DNA from: Hormiphora californensis
Taxonomy: Eukaryota > Animalia > Ctenophora
DNA length: 64,000 nucleotides
Direction of reading: 5' to 3'
NCBI GenBank assembly: GCA_020137815.1
Contig: CM035360.1
Span: 1,240,001-1,304,000, forward strand
Each line of letters opens with the position of its first letter. Position 1 is the first letter of the stretch. Below, piece by piece: positions 24,938 to 36,198 of this stretch. The translations under genes were made by a program, and so were the position numbers. The notes under the pieces were generated by a model. The model had not been told where the DNA came from and did no database searches. It saw only the letters and a list, made by a program, of their open reading frames with translations.

Positions 24938-25758
24938 TGTTAGAGAGAGATGGAATATTATAGAGAGATGGTTTGAATGTAGCGGTAGATAGATGGAAGT
25001 ATGACGTCATGCCCCAGAAATAACTTGTCATGACTGGTTGCTAAGCAAACAATAATAATCGATGCAACACAAGACAAGCAATTGGTGCAATAGCCAATAC
25101 ATCCCAAACGTAGAATTCAACTTCAAAACAAAGGAAAATGAATGGCATGGTATGGCGCCCTTTGCCAACTGCCAAGATACTAATTAATTTCTCCTACTCA
25201 ACTGAACAATCCAATAATTATCTCGCGTCCTCTAAAGACACCCAAACACTTCCCATAACTGCATCCTAAAGATGTTCTAACAAAGAATTGTATGTCTAGA
25301 CGGCAGTTTCCTTTGGGATTATGTGCATAATTAACTCTCCACACACGTTTCTTTCCTTCTGGAATATTCTAAAATATCATCCCATACTCTCTTCTTTCTC
25401 CGTGGACCGTGTGTTGTTACATGCATCCTTGTTTCGACTACTCTGGTGTTGAGTTTCTTGTTCGATACCTGAATTTTATATTTTAGTCCTAAATCCAATT
25501 ATTTCACAGGTTTTGTACTCTGTTAGCCAGCTCTGAGGACAGCTCCCTTCAACTCAGCTATAATGCACACTCGAAATTGGGCGTTGCTAAGCGACGGATC
25601 TATGATTTCCCAAGTCCCCCCAACACTACCCAAGTCCCCCCAACACTACCCAAGTCCCCCTAACATCCCGCCTAACATTGCTCCCTAACATACCCCTGCT
25701 TCTAACATCCCCTGGCACCCAAGCTGCCTAACATACCCTCTCTCTATTATAGCCAGCC

Positions 25759-28700
25759 ATGTCACATTTCGGAGAGGTATCCTATGTGGAACTACCTGCT
25801 GTGTTTCATCTCAGTGGCAGGTTTGCAGCCGACACAGATGCTAATAAAGTTAACCTGACCATTGGAGCGTATAGGACCGAAGCTGGAAAACCTTGGGTAC
25901 TACCATGTGTTCGACAGGTAAATCACAGCGCTGGCAGGCGCCCTGGGGTCAATATTCTATATGATTTAGGGAGAGGTTTGGAGCCCGTGACACAGTCCAG
26001 GGTTAATCAACTCAAACTAAATATCAAGTTTGTCCTGAGATATAATTGCCCTTCAATTAAATATCTTCTACCCCGTGCTTCAGGCTGAAAGTATCCTAGC
26101 ATCAGATGAAACTATTAACAAGGAGTACCTCTCCATGTCGGGTCTCCAGTCTCTTTGTGACGCGGCCATGAGGCTGGTGCTGGGTGAGAGTAGTCCTGTG
26201 ATTCAGGAGGATCGAGCTGTAGCGCTCCAGACCCTCAGTGGAACTGGTGCTCTCTACATCTGCTTCCAGGTACTGATGACGTCATAACGCGTGACGTCAT
26301 AACGTGTGACGTCATCTTGTGTGATTTGTGACGATTCAATGCTCAATGTTGATGGAATTGTTCATTCATCTGATTAACTACGAACTTCATTTCATTGTTC
26401 AATATTTTAGTTTAAAGTTCGTTGTGGCCTACCTACTAAGTAACACCCCCCCCCCATTTTCAGTTTATTGCCCAGTTCTAACACCCCCCCCCCCCCCCAT
26501 TTTCAGTTTATTGCCCAGTTCTAACACACCCCCCCCCCCCCATTTTCAGTTTATTACCCAGTTCTAATACCCCCCCCCCCCCATTTTCAGTTTATTGCCC
26601 AGTTCTAATACCCCCCCCCCCCCCATTTTCAGTTTATTACCCAGTTCTAATACCCCCCCCCCCCCCATTTTCAGTTTATTGCCCAGTTCTAACACCCCCC
26701 CCCCCCCCATTTTCAGTTTATTGCCCAGTTCTAACACCCCCCCCCCCCATTTTCAGTTTATTGCCCAGTTCTAACACCCCCCCCCCCATTTTCTGTTTTG
26801 GGACCACCTAACACCCCCCCCCCCTCATTTTCAGTTTATCGCCCAGTTCTATGGCGGTTGTAAAGATATCTATGTCAGTGACCCATCATGGGGTAACCAC
26901 AAGCTGATGATTGATAGGATTCCCGGGGTTAACTTTAAACAGTACCCTTACTACAACTCTCAGGTATGAAATTACTTGTCAATGACATGTAGTACATGAC
27001 AATTAGTATGACAAGTCTTGTCATACTACATGACTGCAATGTCGTGCGACGTGCACGGTTCGGAGAGGGCATTCTTTTGTGAGACAAGAAATCTCCGATT
27101 ACTTTAATTCTCTTGCTGGGAAAAGGGATTTGTGTTTTTTAGCCCAGCTGCTACTTGGGCGATTCTTATCTTCTCGTAAGAGAGGCAATATTCTACCACC
27201 ACACCATATTAAATCATTATGATTTTATGCGAAGGGAGGCTGGTGTCTTATTACCCAAACTCACAAGGTTTGTCGCTATCCCGTTTGGAGGGTATATAAA
27301 GGGGCATGAACCCATCCTAACAGCCCTGTATGGGCGCCGGTGTTAGTTCATAACTACCCGGTAGAAACTGTTGGAGTAGGTCGGGAGTGCATTATAATTA
27401 CCGTATGGCCCAATGTTGCTCCCGTCTTGTTTCCTCAGTTTCAAAATGCGTAAAGGATCCATGATCTTTACAGTTTCAAAATGCACGTAATGGATCCATG
27501 ATCTATACAGCGTTACTACAGTGTTATATAATACAGTGTCATTACAGTTGAACCATGCTCAACTGTGATGTGTTCAGTGTTCCATGAACATGAACATACA
27601 GAGTACAAGTACAGGTACAAATATCAAATACAAATAAAAAATAGGGGAGAACTCTCCCCACCCTTTTTGTTAACCCTATAACCGTTTTCATCTCTCTCCC
27701 GTCTTTTTTCATCGAATCCCTCGCTGCATTCTTCCCCATTAAATTTCCAATTCTAATTAAATCTCCAACTAATATTAGAGATACCTATTTCAATTAAATT
27801 AGTAATTACAATCTCTCTCAGACCATGGCTGTGGATGTTGATGCCATGTGCAAAACTCTGGAGGAGGCTGCTGAGGGTAGTGTAGTTCTACTACACGCTT
27901 GTGCCCACAATCCAACAGGTGTGTACTTCCCTTAGTTAAAGTAACAATCTCACCCTACCCTCTCGCCTAGTTAAAGTAACAATCTCACCCTACCCTCTCG
28001 CCTAGTTAAAGTAACAATCTCACCCTAATCTCTCCCCTAGTTAGAGTAACAAACTCACCCTGATACCACCCCTATTATTATACAGGCATTGATCCAAGTA
28101 GGGACGATTGGGTAAAGATAGCTGCTGTCTGCCAAAAGAAGAATCTTCTGGTTATCTTTGATTTAGCCTACCTCGGTAAGAAGAGTCTTTTTTATCGCAT
28201 GTTGTACCCATTTCTATAGAGAGAGAGAGAGAGAGAGAGTTCTTCCCTACCTAATTCATACTGGCAATATCCCTCTACCTGATCATCGCCCTTCCTTTCG
28301 TTGCTAAGTAACGCGGCACTTGATGACTAAAAAACAACCCAAACTCTAACCCTCCCCTCGTTGCTAGGTTACCAAACTCTAACCCTCCCCTCGTTGCTAG
28401 GTTACCAGACTCTAACCCTCCCCTCGTTGCTAGGTTACCAAACTCTAACCCTCCCCTCGTTGCTAGGTTACCAAACTCTAACTCTCCCCTCGTTGCTAGG
28501 TTACCAAACTCTAACTCTCCCCTCGTTGCTAAGTTACCAGACTCTAACCCTCCCCTCGTTGCTAGGTTACCAAACTCTAACCCTTCCCTCGTTGCTAGGT
28601 TACCAAACTCTAACCCTTCCCTCGTTGCTAGGTTACGCGTCTGGTGACTACAACGAGGATGCATGGAGTATCCGATACTTCGCAGACCTAGGCATGGAGT

Positions 28701-29612
28701 TCTTTGTTTGTCAGAGCTTTGCTAAGATCATGGGACTATACAGTGAGAGAGTTGGAGCGCTCCATTTTGTAGGAGCAACCAGTGAAATTGCACACAAGTG
28801 TCTTAGCCAGGTACAAAATGGGGGATTAGGGCAGGGCTCGCCACAATACCCACTTCTCATTACTTACAGGATCATTCCTCAGCTTCCTAAATCATGTTTA
28901 AATCCTGTTTAAAATCATGTTTAAATCATGTTAAAAACCTGTTTTTAACCCCCCTACCAGATGAAGATTATTGTCCGGTCCATCTACTCCAATCCTCCCT
29001 CTCATGGAGCCAGGATTGCCAGTCTGTGCCTAAATAACCGGGATCTGAGAATAGAATGGGAGGAATGCTTGAAGGAGATGCATGCTAGGTAAGTCACCGA
29101 TGGGAGGCCGTCATTTCTTGAGTTGAGGTTGAGGTCCTGGCCAAGAGGCTTTTCTCTTGGTTTCCATCAATAACTCTTCCTCAGGATCCGAAGAGCCAGG
29201 ACTTACCTTCACACGGCGCTGAAGATGGCAAACGTGCCAGGAAATTGGGATCATATCCTCTCTCAAAATGGAATGTTCTCTTACACCGGTGAGTAGTCGT
29301 GTTTTGGTGTTGAGAGGCCTGCATACTTTATATACCCGTGTCTTGTCTCAACCCTTACTTAACAAGCCTGCTCTTGATTCTTTGTCAACTTCATTCTTCA
29401 AGTGGGAAATAGGAAAACGATAAAATTTTGATTGAATTCTAATATGATCTGTTTCAGGTTTGACGAAGGCCCAGTGTGAAGTGTTGATTGAAAAACATCA
29501 CATTTATCTCCTAAAATCTGGTCGAATCAGTATGTGTGGTGTCACTGAAAGTAATGCTAAATACGTCGCTGAGTCCTTCAAGGATGCCATCGAAACGGCC
29601 AAGGAGAACTAA
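25759..29612 (+). CDS. GOT1: Aspartate aminotransferase, cytosolic type (GOT1-like), 9 exons
   Basis: Exons 25759-25917, 26084-26269, 26835-26963, 27822-27918, 28086-28175, 28632-28810, 28961-29088, 29185-29288, 29458-29612; motifs KVNLTIGAYRT, QTLSGTGAL, DPSWGNH, LLHACAHNPTG, FDLAYLGYASG, SFAKIMGLYSERVG (PLP lysine), RSIYSNPP, GMFSYTGL, SGRISMCG; no transit peptide. Confidence 0.95.
26440..26850 (+). repeat. About 41-bp tandem array of the intron 2/exon 3 junction
   Basis: Unit CTAA(C/T)A-polyC-ATTTTCAG|TTTATTGCCCAGTT; AG ends at 26463, 26506, 26549, 26590, 26632, 26674, 26716, 26756, then one degenerate unit, then the real site at 26834. Confidence 0.95.
27930..28060 (+). repeat. About 36-bp intronic minisatellite, about 4 copies
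   Basis: TAGTTAAAGTAACAATCTCACCCTACCCTCTCGCC repeated in GOT1 intron 4. Confidence 0.9.
28339..28636 (+). repeat. 33-bp tandem array of the intron 5/exon 6 junction
   Basis: Unit ACTCTAACCCTCCCCTCGTTGCTAG|GTTACCAA; AG ends at 28367, 28400, 28433, 28466, 28499, (28532 mutated), 28565, 28598, and the real site at 28631. Confidence 0.95.
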
Positions 29613-30358
29613 AAACAATCCAATGTTTGGTTGAGTTTTTATACGAAGAACTTTTAGATTTTTGTGTGTAAAGTATGTTTAACTAAATAATGGCTATGTG
29701 TTACCGTTCATTCTAGGACGATTCCGGCGTAGCAGGGGTAATTTATTCATATTGTCAATGTCTTGTTCTGTAGATGTCACCATGTTTTTTCAATTTTAAA
29801 ACACCCTATAAAAGCGTTTTATTTTTCAAATCGTCAGGATATTTGTTAGGGGATGATGAGGTTTATCGCTTGTGGAGCAGGACCATCCGATGACAGATCA
29901 CCGTGAATAAATTAGCTGGGCCTCGTTGTTGGTGGTTTCAAGCGCGCGCGTTTGAATTGCGCGTTACATAATGAAAACTTGCGCGTTCGCGCGGGATAAA
30001 ATAAGGACAAAAGTCGCGTTGGATGACGTAACCTTTGGTGATGAGAAGTTTGCCTCTTGACACAGCCCATTGGCTTACTACTTCCGTGGGCAATTACCGG
30101 CCATGTGGAACTCCAATTTCGATACGACGTATGCCCAAGTTGGTTGCTAAGCACTATCGATTATGCTCTGTTGTTGGTCAGGTTGATACCGAAAGATTCT
30201 AAGTTTAAACTTACTTACAGCAGCTTTTGCCTTTCATACATGACGAATTATCTGACGTAACGGTAAATCATCAGCTCTTTTAAAATCCTCAAACGCACGA
30301 GACTCATTTCTTGCTTGTTTGAATCTTGAATAATCGTAATATCACTTTTTGCTTGTTA

Positions 30359-31083
30359 GGGTAGAAAGGGGTAAAATGGCACACTTTCTAACGTTTTAGG
30401 TTCTAAAATACTCAATTTATACAGCAAGAAGAAAAAGAATTATATAGGCTATCCAATGAAACGTTTTCCTTTCAGACGAGCTAAATTTTAAAATCTGAAA
30501 GTTTTATTTAATAGCTTAATTAATCAATTCAAAAAGTTTGGTAGGGCTTTTTTTGGAAATTTTGCACTGGGGTAAAATGGTCCAGCCAATAGCATTGCTC
30601 GATTTTTATCACGTGCCTGGTGTTGTTAGAGCACTGGGGTAAAATGGTCCATGTTATCTTCAGTAATTTCTGTTCTGCTGGACCATTTTACCCCAGTGTG
30701 CTGGACCATTTTACCCCAGTTGGTATCACGTGGTATTGGAGGCTCGATTTCATTGGTCCCAGGGTGAACCATTTTACCCCAGCGAGGGTGAACCATTTTA
30801 CCCCAGTTTGACTAATTTGACAATTTAATCAACTTAATAGTGGGTTTTTTGAAAAATTTTTATACCAAGTTTTAGAAGGATAAAAACCCTAACTGGCAGT
30901 TTTTGCAAAATTAAAATCGGCCAACTCAAACAGAAATTACAGCAGTTTTAAAGCAAAAATTCGGAACAGAACGAGCAGGTCTCCGCTGGAGAAAAAGTCA
31001 CGTGACTACATGTAATAACTAGGACCATTTTACCCCATACATGTGCCATTTTACCCCGTGTGCCATTTTACCCCTTTCTACCC
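30359..31083. mobile_element. pogo/Tc1-type MITE
   Basis: TIR GGGTAGAAAGGGGTAAAATGGCACAC; TA on both flanks; internal GGGGTAAAATGG motifs. Confidence 0.9.
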
Positions 31084-31159
31084 TAAATTCATCTTTGCTT
31101 TGCCCTTAGCTACAATCCTACTGTGAATGGTTCGGGTCCCATAGATATGACGACTATTG

Positions 31160-31910
31160 ATGGCTCTATCAGTCGATACAACGCCCGCTAAACATGTCAC
31201 GGTCCTCCGTAACGGCGACAACAAGTATGAGGGTCGCAAGTTTGTTGTCAGCAAGCGCCGTTACCGAACCTTTGACTCCCTTCTCTCCGACATAACGACT
31301 CAAATCAGCGCTCCTTTTGGCGCTGTTCGACGCCTGTACACCCCGAAAGGGAGTCGCCAACTCCGATCTATCGACGATGTAGAAGGAGGGGCGACATACG
31401 TGGCAGGAGGCACCGAGAGATTCAAACGGATCGAGTAAGTTTTGAAGTTTTGGAACTCATATCTTTATTAGAAACACAAACTTAACTTGGAAGTACTACT
31501 CCAAATGGTAACATTAGTAACATTTCCTTTCAGTCTTGTTTCAGTTACAGTCCCAGCAAGGAAGCGCTTCGAAACTGGGGACTTAACTCATTACATAGGG
31601 TATGTTACAGCCATCTATATCTCTAACAAATAGTCGATAATTAATGGCCTTTCGGAGAGATCTATAGGTTATAACTAAACCGTAAAAGCTAAACGAGAGT
31701 AACTATTAGAATAGCCTACCTTTTAGTAGAGATTAGAGAACATGGTACTGTAGCTAAAGTGAGAGTGGTTCATCGTTTTGTCTACTTATAATGGTTTACC
31801 GGTTTGGCATTGAGCTCAAATGTTGCCATGGCAACAAAATAGCTGCTATACTAATCTTACTCCCTCTCTTTCTTCCGCAAACTACTATGTTGTTCTCTCT
31901 ATTTATATCC

Positions 31911-31980
<70 letters not shown>

Positions 31981-33663
31981 TCTCTCTCTCCACCCTATCT
32001 TTCTCTCTTTCTCTCTCCGCATCACTGTTTATTCTATTTATTCTAAACTCTAGTTACAACTTGGGTTCGTTGGCAATTATGTACTGTATTTTACCAAGTC
32101 GATGTCCTTAAGTTGTCCCTCTCTTTTTTGTCTCTCTTCATCTTGCTATCTCTAAGTGCTCATTAACTATTCCATTGGAACAATTGCTGGCGAGTGGCGA
32201 CTTACTCTGCTTCAGTTCTTTTTTCTAACGAGCTCTCATTAATTCTAAGATCATACTATCGATAATTTGGTTGACGCTTCTAACTTCATAGTCTCTTACT
32301 GTCAAGTTATTTCTTCAGTCCTCTTCCATAATATAATGGTTCATATCTTCCACAAAGTTCTATAGAATTCCAATCAAGATCATGCTTGTCGCACGTGTCT
32401 ACTTTTCAATTCTTTTGTTCCTTTCCCCGTCATTCTCTTTTCCTCCATCGCTAAATTCCTCGAATTCTCCATGTGACAACTGTCTTCCGTGCAACTGTCT
32501 ATGTCCTATGACGCAGGTCTATCGGTTTTTATCCACCCCCTCTCTATCTCTCCTTCTTTCTGTATCCTTTTCTCCTTGTCTCTATTGAGTGATATGACAC
32601 AATTACTTGGGCTCCCTAATCACCTCACCGATTAGTCCAATCGAAACTTGCTTGCTACCCCATGGAGCTCCCTCTTGCTCCCTCTCTCGCCCCTCTCTTC
32701 TCTCACATTCACGTACTACATGAGTAGTAATAGTAGGAAGCGATCCATCAAGCTCAGTGCGAGGTCTAGGTGGATCATGTTGATCAATCGAAACGTGGAT
32801 AAATCTTCTAAAGGGGTATGTTTTGATCTTGACTTTATATTTTTGCCTGCCTTTTTACCTTGACTCTCATTGTGCTTCGGCCCGGTTCGGAGAGGGCAGT
32901 CTTTTGTGAGACAACCTTATTATTACGATGTTTTGCCTCCCTAGTAACCCCATTGTCTGGCACAATATAGCTAACGCCCACCACTCTGCTATTGTTCTCC
33001 CCTTTTGACCACTTAGAGTGCATTTGTTCTACGTCAAATGGCCTGAGCGTCCCCAAACTGCCAAATTTGTGTGTTTGTCTTGGAGTTGTGTAACCATGGA
33101 AACAAATTATACACCCCAGCTTCTTGGACCCGCTATCATTCTCTCGCCCCCTCTTTCTCTGCGATATCGTATTCTCCCAAGGCCTTGTTATTCCTATTCA
33201 CGTCCCCATGGTTACCAGTCTCGAACACACAAACTCAGAAATGAGGCAGCGATTTACTTTCTCTTAGTGTGAGAAAGTGAGATGGAGAGAAAGAGAGAGA
33301 TAGAAAGAGTGAGAGAGAGAGAGAGTGAGAGAGAGAGAGAGAGATAGAAAGAGTGAGAGAGAGAGTGAGAGAGAGAAAGAGTGAAATCAGAAATATTAAA
33401 TGTACTGAGAAGAACGAGAGGGAGAGAGAGAGAGATGGAGGGAGGGAGGAAGAGAGAGAGATAAAAAAGATAGAGAGAGAGGGATAAATGGTGAATAAAG
33501 CTAAGATAGAGCTACTGAGTTGGCTAGTAAATCGTTGTGAGAAGTGGGTAAAAAGAGCCAGGAGACTGCTCCACCAGCCCTAGTAGGAGCCAATAGTGAT
33601 CGGAATTCAATTAGGAATCATCTGTTACAGTTCCAGAATACAGAATACAGAATATCCCTTTCA

Positions 33664-33759
<96 letters not shown>

Positions 33760-36026
33760 TATTTCTCTCTCCCCCAGTCCCTTCGCTTATTGAATATGCC
33801 ACCCCGTGATTCCCTGAAACTTGTTACCATTACTGTGTCGCCCTGTCTTAAAACCCCATTATCATGATTGTCGGGGGGAGGGCTTTTAGTAACTTCCAAC
33901 TAGGACTTCCAAACTTTTTAACATACCGATCTAATAGAGAAATAACAGTTCCTCTTTTGCCCTAATGGCCTCCTTTTATAATTTCCCTAACAAAGAACCT
34001 TCTATATCCTAAAATCCCTCTATTTCAGCCTGGTTTCCTGGCAGACGATCCGCCGCCCTTGGTCCTTCCCAGAAAAAGCAGAAAGTATGCCCAAAGATCG
34101 GCCCAGTTCCATAAAATTGGCCAACCAGTACAATTTACGTAAGTTTTCCGATCAAATAAAACGAGTTAGTTTTAGAAAAGTGGGTTTGTACAATTTAATT
34201 ACAACATTGTGATATGAATACAATTCATACATTACATAGTGAATTTGTACAGAGTTCGGTTTGGTTTGTTGACTCAAATCGAGTCATTTATGCCTTCTTG
34301 GCGGTCTTCTTGGCGGTCTTCTTGGCGGTCTTCTTGGCAGCAGCCTTCTTGGGTTTGGCTACGGAGGCTCCCTTCTTAGCAGCGGATCCAGCAGCACCGG
34401 CTCCCTTTTTGGCGGCTCCAGCGGCAGCACCGGCTCCCTTCTTGGCGGCTCCAGCGGCCTTGGAAGCGCCCTTCTTGGCAGCCTTGGAGACGGGGTTGTT
34501 GACAGCGGCCTTAGAGACGGGGTTGTTGACGGCGACGTTCTTAGTTTTCTTGGCGACCTTAGTAACACCCTTGGTCAGGGGGTTGTCCTTGAGAATGTTG
34601 GCATCATCGGGGATTGGTGCGGAGTAAACAGCCAGGGCTACCAGAGCCAGTAACACAAATCGGAACATAGTTGTGAGTGGTAGTACACACCGAGAGAAAA
34701 GGTAACTGAAGGTTGGAAAAACTAACTGACTGAATAGTCTCCTTTGCTCTCTCTGCGTTTAGAAGTCTCCCGCACACCCAACCATCTAGATACAAGTGAC
34801 GTCATTCTGTAGTGACAGAGATGAGGCTGTGTCAAAAAGGATAAACGGGGTATTTAGGATAGTTTCATATCAATGAAGTTGATATCTTTTTTGAAGCGCT
34901 CTCTCCAGAGGATTGGTTTCCGATTTATAATCGGGCCCGATTTGTAACCGCTACCCTTGCGGGTAGTAAGAGCGTAAGCCAAGTAACTCATATACAATCA
35001 GCTCCCGTGTTTGCTTTTAGAGGGTAGAGAGATAGATAGTTAGAAGGGAGTAGTTACAGTGAAGTAATTTTGATATGATCTCCTTCTGGTGATCAACACA
35101 CACACGCCCTCTGTACAACAGTTTAATGGGGAATCTCACACATAAACGGGCAGAACTCGGTTAAGGAGAGATCAATTATTCAATTAGTATTCTGAATAAT
35201 GAGTTCAGAGCAAGAATTAAATAGGGAAGAAAATCGAAAAATACTGGGTTTGACCGGGAATTCAACCAGGGACCTCCAGATAGACATGCTCGGAGCTATA
35301 AACCACTAAGCTACCAAATTACTTTTTGGTTGAACGATATTCGGTAAATGCTACCCGAAAAAAAAGCTACCAGACCATGTTTTCCCAACTTATGCAGATC
35401 TGCAAAATAATATTCCTGTGGAGTGTGGAATCTAGATTTGTGATTCAGCTAGCTTATCTCCAGTAAACTAACACTCTTACATTCTCTTTTTCAGGGTGTT
35501 CAAAAATGGTTTACCAAGTGAAAAGGGATCAAAGTTTTTGCTAAAAGCCCGGGAAATGAAGTCTTATGAAACGGTTAGTGTTGGGGTGTGTAAGTGTCGG
35601 TTTGTGTTACTGTTAGTTTGAGGGTGTGTTAGTTTTGGGATGTGTTTATTAGTTTTGGGGTGTGCTATTCTGTATGATCTGGTCCCTATCATGGGGGTGG
35701 GGATACTACTACAAGTGTTTAGTCTCTTTTCCCCTTCGTAGTATTATAATACTTCTTTGATGTAGAACCCATTATGAAATAAAATGCGGTGACCGCTGTG
35801 CTTCACAACTACTATACTTCTGTCTCTTTAAATACACTGCAAATGACCCATTACCTCTTTTTCCTCAGGTGTTATCGATAATTTCCTTTAAAATTCGTCT
35901 TGTGGAGGGGGCCGTGAGAAAGTAAGTAAAAGTAAAAAGGTAGGACATATGTCCTGGAAAAAGTGATAAAGCTCAGAGATGATGAAACTCATCTGTCTAT
36001 CTCCACACTGTGTCGCCATAGCAACT

Positions 36027-36105
<79 letters not shown>

Positions 36106-36121
36106 GAGAGAGAGAGAGAAG

Positions 36122-36198
<77 letters not shown>

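Larger units (their letters stand above)
21560..25606 (+). pseudogene. Partial duplicate of E2F intron 3 with truncated DNA-binding exon (25510-25606)
   Basis: Colinear with about 13320-15748; the exon copy reads [32 protein letters not shown] and then breaks off. Confidence 0.85.

Noticed and set aside
27049-27085. GTGCACGGTTCGGAGAGGG resembles the 3' half of group II intron domain V
   Set aside because: No pairing 5' GAGCCG arm; the same roughly 30-mer recurs at about 32883 in a different context, so it is more likely a dispersed repeat fragment.
26440-28636. Regular repeats that might be read as CRISPR arrays
   Set aside because: No unique spacers, no cas genes, eukaryotic intronic context.
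28339-28636. Telomeric repeat or telomerase template (CTAACCCT)
   Set aside because: One CTAACCCT per 33-bp unit, positioned as the branch point; no (TTAGGG)n tract.
34288-34668. Histone H1 gene
   Set aside because: No winged-helix globular domain, and it begins with a hydrophobic signal peptide.
35246-35340. Functional tRNA gene
   Set aside because: The B-box and anticodon arm are degenerate; better explained as a SINE head.
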